Of a stretch of DNA of 64,000 bases, positions 10,473-18,815 are shown in pieces. Numbering within the stretch: the stretch's first letter is position 1; each line of letters opens with the position of its first letter. The translations under genes and the position numbers were made by a program. The notes beneath the pieces were generated by a model. It was not told the DNA's origin. It did not search any database and saw nothing but the letters and a program-made list of their open reading frames with translations. The stretch comes from an uncultured virus (IMG/VR IMGVR_UViG_3300044949_000816) (Duplodnaviria; Heunggongvirae; Uroviricota; Caudoviricetes), in IMG/VR virus record IMGVR_UViG_3300044949_000816, positions 1-64,000 of that record. One strand, 5' to 3'.

Positions 10473-11010
10473 AACCCTTATGATTCTTATCAAAAGGTGC
10501 TTTGAAATAATGATTCGCAGCAGAATGAAAAATCATCACACCTTCTGGATTCATAAAACCAGGAGAAGCAAGAGAACCATAATTCCAGAGACGATCCATT
10601 TCATCATCAAGAACATTTGTGCTAAACTCTCCAGTATAAAGAGTCGGAACAACATAGCAACAAGCAGGAAGATTTTCTTGATTCCAGATGCTCACATTAA
10701 ACAAAGAGAATCGTTTCTCCCCTTTGGGAAGATCATATCCTCGTTGAATTCCACTACCCCACCATTCACCATGATGACGACCAGGGCCAAGTTTCATCAG
10801 TTCATCTTTGTTTTCGGTTGCCCAACGATGAAAACCAAAGTTGTCGGACTCTGCACTCAACCAACGATTGCGACTTCCAATGAACATATCTCCATCATCA
10901 GTAATGTAGATAATTCCATTAGTTCCGTCAATTTTTTCCGTGACCACACATTCCTTATGAAGACGGGGAATTTTAGGAAATGCAACAAATTCGGGATATA
11001 TAGTGGTCAT
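10471..11010 (-). CDS. RNA ligase family protein (Rnl2-like nucleotidyltransferase domain only)
   Basis: FPKIPR...TEKIDGTNG (motif I KxDG), GSRNR, HGEWWG, EGVMI. Confidence 0.75.
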   Translation of the reverse strand: MTTIYPEFVAFPKIPRLHKECVVTEKIDGTNGIIYITDDGDMFIGSRNRWLSAESDNFGFHRWATENKDELMKLGPGRHHGEWWGSGIQRGYDLPKGEKRFSLFNVSIWNQENLPACCYVVPTLYTGEFSTNVLDDEMDRLWNYGSLASPGFMNPEGVMIFHSAANHYFKAPFDKNHKG

Positions 11011-11016
11011 TATACT

Positions 11017-13101
11017 TTATTGAGGAAGGTTAGAGATAAAGGATTGAAGATCTGCAGGCATAGCATCAGCAGGAACTTCAGCAGCACGGTGACGGATAAT
11101 ATCTGCGAGTGCTACCTTATGTTCAGGAGATGCTTTGATGTACTCAAACTGCATATTTTGCAGTTCTTGAACCGCACCTGTTCGGAATGACTTTGATTGC
11201 TCAAAGGTATTCCTGCGAACATTCTCATACTTTGGGGAAAAGAATGCAGTGAAGAGAAGGTCGTGGTAGGCAACTCCCCAGATGAGAGCACCAAACCCAA
11301 CCACACCACCTACAATAGCAAGAATTGGTTTCATTTGTCATTCTCCAGAGTAGATTTCAGTAGTTCATTCATAGTGCGACGAGCACGATAGTTCTGAATG
11401 ATGTCCATTACACAATAACCAAAGGCAAATCCTGCCATAATCGTAGTAATCATTTGGAAGAACCTCCAGAGTTCTTAAAGATAAGATTAGCAAGTACAAT
11501 CATAGCAAGGTTCTGCCAGAAGGTCAAAGATACATTAAACCAAGACAGAATAACCCCAAGCAACCATGCTTCAAAGAGAATTCCAGCAGTTGCAATAACA
11601 ATAACAGCAAAAACAGCAGCAATAGTAGCAGAATCTTTCATCAGATTGCCTCCGTTGCCAGTTTAGCACCTTTGAACTTGCCACGAGCACTCTTGTTCTT
11701 GGTATCTACACCAGTCACCACAGCGATCTGGGGAGTGCTAGAACCAGTGTACAGTAGAATATCACCTTTGCTCAAAGCGCCAGGAGTGCCCACATAATGG
11801 TTCTCACTACTGCCCATCTTGGCGCTGAAGGTGTAAGGTACAACTTCTTCCAGAGCACTCTTGTCAAAGACATGAATTGCTCCAGTACCTTTCTCTTCAA
11901 TCAGGTATTGGTTTTGACTGTTGGTGCCGATGTGAGTGCCATAGGCAACCTTACCGTCAACAGTGAAAGAATAAAGGGTTTTAGTGTCCGCCATTTCAGT
12001 TTCCTCTTCGTAAAGTTTTAGATCAGAACCATAACAAGAAAAAGATTGATTGTTATGAAGATATCTGCAGGTGTAATATCCAGTACTACTATAATCACTT
12101 ACATAAGTAATTTTAGCAGGTTTTTTTCCAGCTCGTTTGGTGACAATATCACCAAGATTAAATTCCAGTGCCATAATTAAAGACTTTCAACTTGATTAAG
12201 AATAATGTCAATATCTTCTGTGGTCAAATGCCCCATAACATCATCTGTAATAGGAGTATCATAGCAGATCTCCCAATCTTCCTCAAGTCCTTTGAGAACT
12301 GCAAGTTCATAGAGTCCGTCAGATCCACCATAAGAGTGTGACGATTTGATTACAGATACACCGTAACCATTATCAAAGAAGTGTTTTGCCTGAACACCAT
12401 CCCAGTTAGGATGTGGTTCAAAATTAAGATCAGTGAATTTCATAATCAGTTACCAAATCGCTGTGCCCAGAGTGAATAAGAATGGTTTTTCATGTGTTCA
12501 AGCATTTCATAACGCTGCCGAATTTCAGAGTCTTCAGGAAGATCATAGATGCAGGGAATGGCAAGATCCATTCCATCAACAGCATGATTAAGAATGCTAT
12601 TCAAAAGATCATGTTCTTCAACAGTAAACTCCATCGTGATGGGTTGCGTGTCGTAATAGTCTTTAATAATTTCAACAGTTTCCATAATAATCAAACAGCA
12701 AGGGTAGCAGAAGGGATTTCAACTTGTTTTACCATATCAGGAAAACGTCCATCATTAGTATAGCACACCCACTCACCATCTTTAGTGAAAATGTAGGAGT
12801 ATTCTTCACTATCGCACAGATACTCATTCAGGTCAGCATCGTGGCGAGGAGGGCAATCTTCACCACGCTGGGAATAGTATTGAGGACCATATTCCTGTGC
12901 TTTGGTCTCACTATTCCAACGGTCTTCAGTCCAGCAAGAACTCATATCGCCACCATCAATCAGTTCAGTAGCAAGAGCACGGGTGTTGTAGTGAGTTTTC
13001 AGGATGCGACCCAACCATTCAGGATAACCATTCCAGTGGTGGTACACAGAGAGCACAGAACCGTTCTTCAGTTCAATACCGATGCGGGAGCGAGTTGCCA
13101 T
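11017..13101 (-). other. Early operon of hypothetical/membrane proteins (11017-11334, 11450-11641, 11641-12174, 12177-12443, 12446-12694, 12691-13101)
   Basis: Contiguous ORFs downstream of promoter copy 5; 12691-13101 has MATRSRIG...VYHHWNGYP. Confidence 0.7.
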
Positions 13102-13124
13102 GAGGCGTTTCGTTGATTACCTTG

Positions 13125-13889
13125 TTAGTATAGGGCATCCACAAGGGGATTGGAGGCACCTTGGACCACTTCTTCAACTGGCACAGCACTTTCTATGCGT
13201 TTCTTGGCGATCTCATAGTATTGCTGATCCATTTCAATCCCAATAAATTTACGCCCAGTTTGAACTGCAGCAACACCAGTGGTTCCAGATCCCATTGTAT
13301 TGTCTAAAACAGTTTCTCCAGGATTAGTGTAGGTTTTAATTAGATATTCCATGAGATCCACAGGTTTTTGTGTTGGATGTAATCCTTTTTCTTGTTTGAA
13401 CTTTAATACAGTTTTAGGATATCTTGACCCATCTGGATTATCTCTATGTTTTGATTGGGCACTTCCATAAACTTCACCAATTTTGCTTACATTTGAAGAA
13501 AATCCGCTGTAAGGGGTTGAGTACCACATCTGAGGATTATAGGTACATTTTTTGCGATAAAATACCAAGATATTTTCGTGAGATTTCAAAGGCATTACCT
13601 TGGAATTCATAGGATTTGTACCTTGAGGTTTTTCCCAAATCCATTCATAACGAAAGTTCTCAAGATTTGATGCTGCAAGTATAGTTGTAAATGGTTGTGC
13701 CGCAGTAAACACCATTGCACCATTTTCTTTACAAATGCGATTGTATTGTTCCCATAACTTATCCAATGGAATAATACTATCCCACTTACAAGCAGTTGTA
13801 CCATATGGAAGGTCTACCAACACCATATCTACAGAGTTATCGGCAAGTGTTGGTAGAATTTCTAAACAATCACCCAATAACAATGTCAT
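13125..13889 (-). CDS. Site-specific DNA methyltransferase, N6A/N4C, beta class
   Basis: GDCLE..., catalytic motif variant DLPY near the N-terminus, HPTQKPV, SAM motif LDNTMGSGTTG...FIGIE. Confidence 0.9.
   Translation of the reverse strand: MTLLLGDCLEILPTLADNSVDMVLVDLPYGTTACKWDSIIPLDKLWEQYNRICKENGAMVFTAAQPFTTILAASNLENFRYEWIWEKPQGTNPMNSKVMPLKSHENILVFYRKKCTYNPQMWYSTPYSGFSSNVSKIGEVYGSAQSKHRDNPDGSRYPKTVLKFKQEKGLHPTQKPVDLMEYLIKTYTNPGETVLDNTMGSGTTGVAAVQTGRKFIGIEMDQQYYEIAKKRIESAVPVEEVVQGASNPLVDALY
13127..13185 (-). promoter_or_regulatory. Palindrome-type early promoter, copy 5 (palindrome flipped; lies inside the MTase 3' end)
   Basis: TGGACCACTT-CTTC-AACTGGCACA at 13162-13185; TATACT 13127-13132; spacer 29. 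Confidence 0.75.
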
Positions 13890-14454
13890 GAATTTCCTCA
13901 CAAGAATCCAATTTAACAGTTGTCCAAAGTTGATCAGACATGCTCTTCTGAATTTTAGCAAAAAAATCTTCAGAAGTACATTCCCATCCCATTATTTTCC
14001 CTTTAGTATCTTTGCGAGATCCCATGGTCTCTTTCCACTCCTGTTCATGATAATTTAATTTATCTGCATCAATAACAATAAAATAGTAAATTTTATTTCC
14101 TCTTTCCCAATCACTTTTTTCACATGCAAGACAAAATATATAATCTTCTTTTTTTACACTAAGAAATTCAAGTTTTTCTGTGATTGTTTTATGCTTTGTT
14201 AATCGTGATCCAGAAATAGTAACTACATCATTTTCAACAAATCCACCTTTATTACTAATGCGGATTCCAGAATCTGTAGTTTGATCTACTCCACTTTTAT
14301 GGTTAAAGTCTGGTTTCCAATCACTACCAAATCCAGCATCTTTCAGTGCTTTTGAAAGAAGTTCTTCCCAATACTCTGCTTTACATTGACCACTATAAAG
14401 TTCATGATGTTTTTCAAGATAATGAGTAACAATAGGGACAAGAGACTCAAACAT
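13870..14454 (-). CDS. Hypothetical protein, possible restriction-endonuclease-like partner of the MTase
   Basis: Overlaps the MTase start by 20 nt; AEYWEE helix, then SGVD...RISNK resembling E...PD-(D/E/S)xK. Confidence 0.45.
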   Translation of the reverse strand: MFESLVPIVTHYLEKHHELYSGQCKAEYWEELLSKALKDAGFGSDWKPDFNHKSGVDQTTDSGIRISNKGGFVENDVVTISGSRLTKHKTITEKLEFLSVKKEDYIFCLACEKSDWERGNKIYYFIVIDADKLNYHEQEWKETMGSRKDTKGKIMGWECTSEDFFAKIQKSMSDQLWTTVKLDSCEEIHDIVIG

Positions 14455-14476
14455 AATTTAAGAAATATACAGTAGT

Positions 14477-14535
14477 ATCATAAAGGCACCCCAGAAAACT
14501 AGGGTGCCTGATGTGCCAGTTTAGCAACTGTTACT
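14477..14535 (-). promoter_or_regulatory. Palindrome-type early promoter, copy 6, with terminator-like hairpin
   Basis: TGTGCCAGTT-TAGC-AACTGTTACT at 14512-14535; TATGAT 14477-14482; spacer 29 containing GGCACCCTAG-TTTT-CTGGGGTGCC-TTT. Confidence 0.8.
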
Positions 14536-14747
14536 CAATCATCATAAACCCTACATTCAAGAGCATTAGGGTGAGCATCGCAGTACAATTCTAATGCAGT
14601 TGGATCATGATTGTCATTTGGGTGATTTTCTTTGTAGGATTTCAATGCTTCAAGTTCCTCTTCAGTGTGCCTCCGTGCCTGGGGAGAAATCATGGGATCT
14701 TCCAAAAGTTCTTCATCCTTCTGGATATGTTGGTCGATGTTTTCCAT
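14535..14747 (-). CDS. cp12: CP12 Calvin-cycle regulatory protein (cyanophage AMG)
   Basis: C-terminal DPTALELYCDAHPNALECRVYDD; picocyanobacterial-type N-terminus; AATAAATA late-type box at 14768-14775. Confidence 0.92.
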   Translation of the reverse strand: MENIDQHIQKDEELLEDPMISPQARRHTEEELEALKSYKENHPNDNHDPTALELYCDAHPNALECRVYDD

Positions 14748-14775
14748 TTTAGTGTTTTGATGATACTTATTTATT

Positions 14776-14952
14776 TTATCGGGGAGTACAATCACCCTTT
14801 CCTTCAAGAGAACGAACCATCAACTCGGTGAACTTTTCCATTTTTTGAGCAGAAACTGTTTGTGGTGCATAGGTAATGGCATTTTTGAGTGCTAGAAGTT
14901 CATTCCATTCTTCGGTTGTGAGGTTTGCGGTTCCAGTTTTTGAAAGGGTCAT
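14776..14952 (-). CDS. Small hypothetical protein (58 aa, MTLSKTGTANLTTEEWNELLALK...)
   Basis: Read manually; below the ORF-track cutoff; has an extended -10-like TGcTAATAT upstream at about 14974-14982. Confidence 0.65.
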   Translation of the reverse strand: MTLSKTGTANLTTEEWNELLALKNAITYAPQTVSAQKMEKFTELMVRSLEGKGDCTPR

Positions 14953-15030
14953 AGTGTTTTTGTGATGTGTCCCAATATTAGCATTTCAATACATAACTAT
15001 CTAGAAACTTAATGTTTTCTTTGGGATCGC

Positions 15031-15048
15031 GTTACAATGCGTTACAAT
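15031..15048. promoter_or_regulatory. HLR1-like direct repeat (candidate RpaB site)
   Basis: GTTACAAT-GC-GTTACAAT matches (G/T)TTACA(T/A)(T/A)-N2-(G/T)TTACA(T/A)(T/A). Confidence 0.6.
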
Positions 15049-15275
15049 CACTCTCTATTGAAGAATGGTCCGAAGAATCCACTATCACCAGATTTGCGAT
15101 TTTCAAGTTTATCAAGAAGCGCATCTGTTGACATAAGAGTATCAATACGTGAAATCATGTCGGCAACAACACTACAAACCATAGGTCGCTCTTGGCGTGC
15201 AGCATATGCTAAAGCATTACGCAGAGATGCTTCTGCTTCTTTCAAACTTTGTTCTACTGATTCACTTAATGCCAT
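15048..15275 (-). CDS. Conserved cyanophage hypothetical protein
   Basis: MALSESVEQSLKEAEASLRNALAYAARQERP. Confidence 0.7.
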   Translation of the reverse strand: MALSESVEQSLKEAEASLRNALAYAARQERPMVCSVVADMISRIDTLMSTDALLDKLENRKSGDSGFFGPFFNRE

Positions 15276-15431
15276 TCAATCTGTCCTCACATTTAGTATA
15301 AAAGGTTCCGTTTACATAACAGGATTTGCCTGGTTCATAGTATTTTACCACAGGCGTCTGTATTCTTGGATATTCTACCACATTTTTCACATGGCAGAAT
15401 AAATTGTAACCACAAATAAGAGTTTCAATCA

Positions 15432-16133
15432 TCAGCATTCATCCATGCCAACTGTTTGAAATAATTTACGGAGAGTATAAGATCCATCTCCATTATCAAT
15501 CCACTCAATCTGGTCACCCTCTTTAAGATTTGCTGCTTCCATCAAATCATTTGGAAAACATACGAAATATTCTCCACTAGGACCATCTACTTCCACAGGA
15601 AGTTGCCACTTTGTAACTTTATCTTTAGGGGTCTCTCTAATCCAAAATCCATCAGCAGTCATAGTCCAACCAGCAGCAATTGCTTCATCATAAGTTGCAT
15701 CAAGTTTTGCTCGCTTATCATAGTATTCTGCTTCACGCAGATTATACTCACGGCACTTTTCTTTCTCCTGATCTGATGCTGCCTTTTCGCACATCGCATT
15801 CAATTCTTCTTCAGTGTATTGAAGTGCTTCCATATCACTATGCCCCCAAGGAGGCATAGTATCATTTTCCCAAAAATCATTCCAAGATTTCTTACATTCT
15901 GGAGAAGGATCATCTTTATCGCAAGATAAATGACCCTTTCCATTACCATTCAGAAGAGCAAGAAGTTCATAACAACGACTTGCATGTAATTTATGCATGT
16001 GGTAGTTTTCATCAACTACATTCTTAATCACGTCATAAATCTCTTGTGGAGTTGCATTCGAAGTAGAAATAGCATCGTGCATCCACTCTTCAAGTTTTTG
16101 AAGAGAGTAATTTTTGTAGTCAAAGTCCATCAA
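15432..16133 (-). CDS. Hypothetical protein with a C-terminal AbrB/MazE-like domain
   Basis: GEYFVCFPNDLMEAANLKEGDQIEWIDNGDGSYTLRK. Confidence 0.6.
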   Translation of the reverse strand: MMDFDYKNYSLQKLEEWMHDAISTSNATPQEIYDVIKNVVDENYHMHKLHASRCYELLALLNGNGKGHLSCDKDDPSPECKKSWNDFWENDTMPPWGHSDMEALQYTEEELNAMCEKAASDQEKEKCREYNLREAEYYDKRAKLDATYDEAIAAGWTMTADGFWIRETPKDKVTKWQLPVEVDGPSGEYFVCFPNDLMEAANLKEGDQIEWIDNGDGSYTLRKLFQTVGMDEC

Positions 16134-16156
16134 GGTAATCCTTAATTGCTTGCTCC

Positions 16157-16185
16157 ACTATAACCTGGATCTCCTTGCTTGTCAA
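16157..16185 (-). promoter_or_regulatory. sigma70-type promoter TTGACA-N17-TATAGT
   Basis: Upstream of ORF 15432-16133. Confidence 0.75.
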
Positions 16186-16273
16186 CCCATTTAACCAAGA
16201 CCATTTTGGGTCTTGTGGGTCCCAGTCCATGGTGAACGATCCATCTTCGTTCTCTGTTATTTTAAGAGTGTCT

Positions 16274-17286
16274 TCAGACTCCATCACCAGTCTCCTGCCA
16301 AGTTTGTTTTTCCGCTTTGCGAAGTTTTTTAAGTTCTTTCATCATCTCTTTAATTTCTTGATATGCTGTTTCTGGACTGATTTTATCAGAAATTTCAAGT
16401 CCAACAACATATTGCACTTTATCTCCAAATCGGGCAAGTGCTCTTTCAAATTCAGTTAAAGTTTCATACATCGTAATTAATCCTACAACGTTCAGCAAGA
16501 ATATCTATACGTGCATCAAGAGAATTTTCAAGACGATAAAGTTCATTGGTAGTTTCTGTATTTTCCCTTTCAAGAAGTTCTATACGATTCTCCAATTCAA
16601 TTAGTTTACTATAAAGATCAATATGATCTTCTACAATTTGTTTTTCAGTTGGAGAAAAAAACCAACTTATAAATTTACGGATCATTTTTTACATTCCTTA
16701 GTTGACTTTGAACATATATCATTTCATCTTGAAGTCTTATAATACGTTCATCAAATGATTTAATCCATTCAATAATCATGTAACTTTCACCAGTTTCTTC
16801 ATTTTTAACAGTGTAATAAAAATCATTTGCATCCTCTTTTTCATAAGGATATAAACGTTGCTCTAATTCAGAAACTATTTGCCATAACCATATTCTTAAA
16901 TACCTAATCATAATACACCAACAGATTTAAGATAGTTTCTGTATGCAGTATATCTTCTTATACTTGGTTGATCTTTGACGCCTAACTGGTGACAAATTTC
17001 ACAATAGCATAACCACTCATACCAAGGAGTCGTTGGATCTAAAACATGATATGGATAATCAGAGTTTTCCACCCACTACCCCTTCATGAACTTTTTCGGG
17101 TTCAGGGAAACCTTCCTGCCGTCCTTTAAGGATAAAACGGGTCGCTGATATACATTGCTCTTTAGTGAGAGACGTGACCAATCCGTTTCCGTTAAGATCT
17201 GTTGAATCCCAGAGTCCATACCTTTTCTCCTGAACGTAGAAACAATCATCAATTAAAGTTTGTTTTTCTTCCATAGTCATCCTCAA
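16274..17286 (-). other. Short hypothetical ORFs (16274-16471, 16464-16685, 16675-16911, 17059-17277)
   Basis: ORF track; overlapping arrangement. Confidence 0.65.
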
Positions 17287-17608
17287 ATCTTACGATGTCC
17301 TCTTCATCACAAATAGATCCAACTTGAACTTCAATAAATTTAACACCAAATTCACCAGCAGTCATTCGGTGAAGTTCATTCTTACGAATATGTATGTGAT
17401 CTCCACGTTTAACATCACACTGATAAGTTGATGTTGTAACAATACCATCACCTTCAACAATTACCCAAAATTCTTGACGACTGGTATGTCTCTGCAAAGA
17501 AAACTGGAGATTTGGATTTACATAAATCGTTTTAATTTTGTAGGGATTAGTACTATCTTCTTCATGAAGATCAAACCAACCCCACGGTCTTTCAGTTCTT
17601 TCGCTCAT
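17249..17608 (-). CDS. Mannose-6-phosphate isomerase type II-like cupin
   Basis: ERPWG...IKTIYVNP...SLQRHTSRQEFWVIVEG...HRM...FIEVQVG...EEDIVRFEDDYGR. Confidence 0.85.
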   Translation of the reverse strand: MSERTERPWGWFDLHEEDSTNPYKIKTIYVNPNLQFSLQRHTSRQEFWVIVEGDGIVTTSTYQCDVKRGDHIHIRKNELHRMTAGEFGVKFIEVQVGSICDEEDIVRFEDDYGRKTNFN

Positions 17609-18273
17609 TTACTTTTTCTACAGTTTCATGAAGTTGTTTGAGTGCTTCAATTGTTTCTGGAGTTTCTTCCCACTCCCAAGAGTTTCCATTTTTATCAACA
17701 AAAGTGCGTGTTGTCATTCGTTTTCTCCTTGGAAAGTAATAGTATAATCTTTTTTCTTAAACTTACAACGCTCTATGTATTTTTTAGCGTGTGCTTCACA
17801 TTGAAAGTAACAAGTTTTTTTATCCTTTAGATCTTTTCCATCTTTATGCACAATCTTAACTGGAAATCCAGGATGTGGAAACTCTTCTTTAATTGGTTTA
17901 ATCATTTAATTAATCATAAAGGTTTTGTTCTTGTTGCAACCTATCTATGTGATGATAGATTGTTTCTTGAGAGTATTCAAATTCCACAAATCTTTGTGGA
18001 TTTTTCTTTTGCATTTTAGAAAGCATATTGATCCAGTCATAGTGTTTATCTACGACCCAACCATATCGGCGTTCATCATGCATTATATCATAGATGGAGA
18101 TCATTTTAAGTGTTTGGGTTTTTCGGTGTCAAATTGATACCATTTAGCATCTTTCATCTGAAGGCACATGAGTACTGTAGCATGTTCTCTCTGTTCTCTG
18201 GGTGTGCCACGATACAAATGTCTACGTTGATGGGCACAGCACCAAACATTATAATAAATTTTTGCCTTTTCGT

Positions 18274-18459
18274 TCACATTTTATCCCCAAGTGTATATTC
18301 TCTTGGTCCATAATTTGGGTTTTTCTCAATATATTTCTGCACTGCCTTTGCACCTATACCACCTTGCTTATCAAGAATTTTCATTACTTGTTTTTTTGAC
18401 AATTTTGTCTTTACTTCTTTTTTCTTTGCTTCTTCTAAAAACTGTTTGAAAGTAATCAT
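18274..18459 (-). CDS. Small basic protein with a T4 internal-protein-like N-terminus
   Basis: MITFKQFLEEAKKK; AATAAATA late box at 18473-18480. Confidence 0.55.
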   Translation of the reverse strand: MITFKQFLEEAKKKEVKTKLSKKQVMKILDKQGGIGAKAVQKYIEKNPNYGPREYTLGDKM

Positions 18460-18479
18460 GACTTTTTGAAAGTATTTAT

Positions 18480-18815
18480 TCAATCCCATGGTGATTTTCG
18501 CTGCAATACTCTAGCAATCTTTTCATTATACTGTGGTGGTTCGTTGAGTTTTTCTACTAGTGCATCAAAGTTTTCTTTTGATAGAATAATCTTTTCTGGT
18601 GGATAAGAACCTTTACCCCAAAACTCTTCAAACTTATAAACATACTCCATATGTTCCCATCCGTGATTAAGAGAATGCCAGAACTCTCCCCACACATGGT
18701 AGTCATCAAAGCGAAAACCTTGGTGAGATATCAAACGATACCACCACCAGAATGGCGTATAGTAAATCGGTTTAAATCCGAGTATCCACTTGTTTAGGAA
18801 CACAGGAAAGTCCAT
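18480..18815 (-). CDS. Trp-rich protein with a DUF1778-like C-terminus
   Basis: IILSKENFDALVEKLNEPPQYNEKIARVL. Confidence 0.5.
   Translation of the reverse strand: MDFPVFLNKWILGFKPIYYTPFWWWYRLISHQGFRFDDYHVWGEFWHSLNHGWEHMEYVYKFEEFWGKGSYPPEKIILSKENFDALVEKLNEPPQYNEKIARVLQRKSPWD

Noticed and set aside
10465..11190. 241-aa plus-strand ORF
   Set aside because: Antisense to the RNA ligase gene, with no recognisable motifs
15005..15025. CTTAATGT...CTTTGG as a Pho box, and GTA-N8-TAA at ~15032-15045 as an NtcA site
   Set aside because: Both are poor matches; the HLR1 reading is exact
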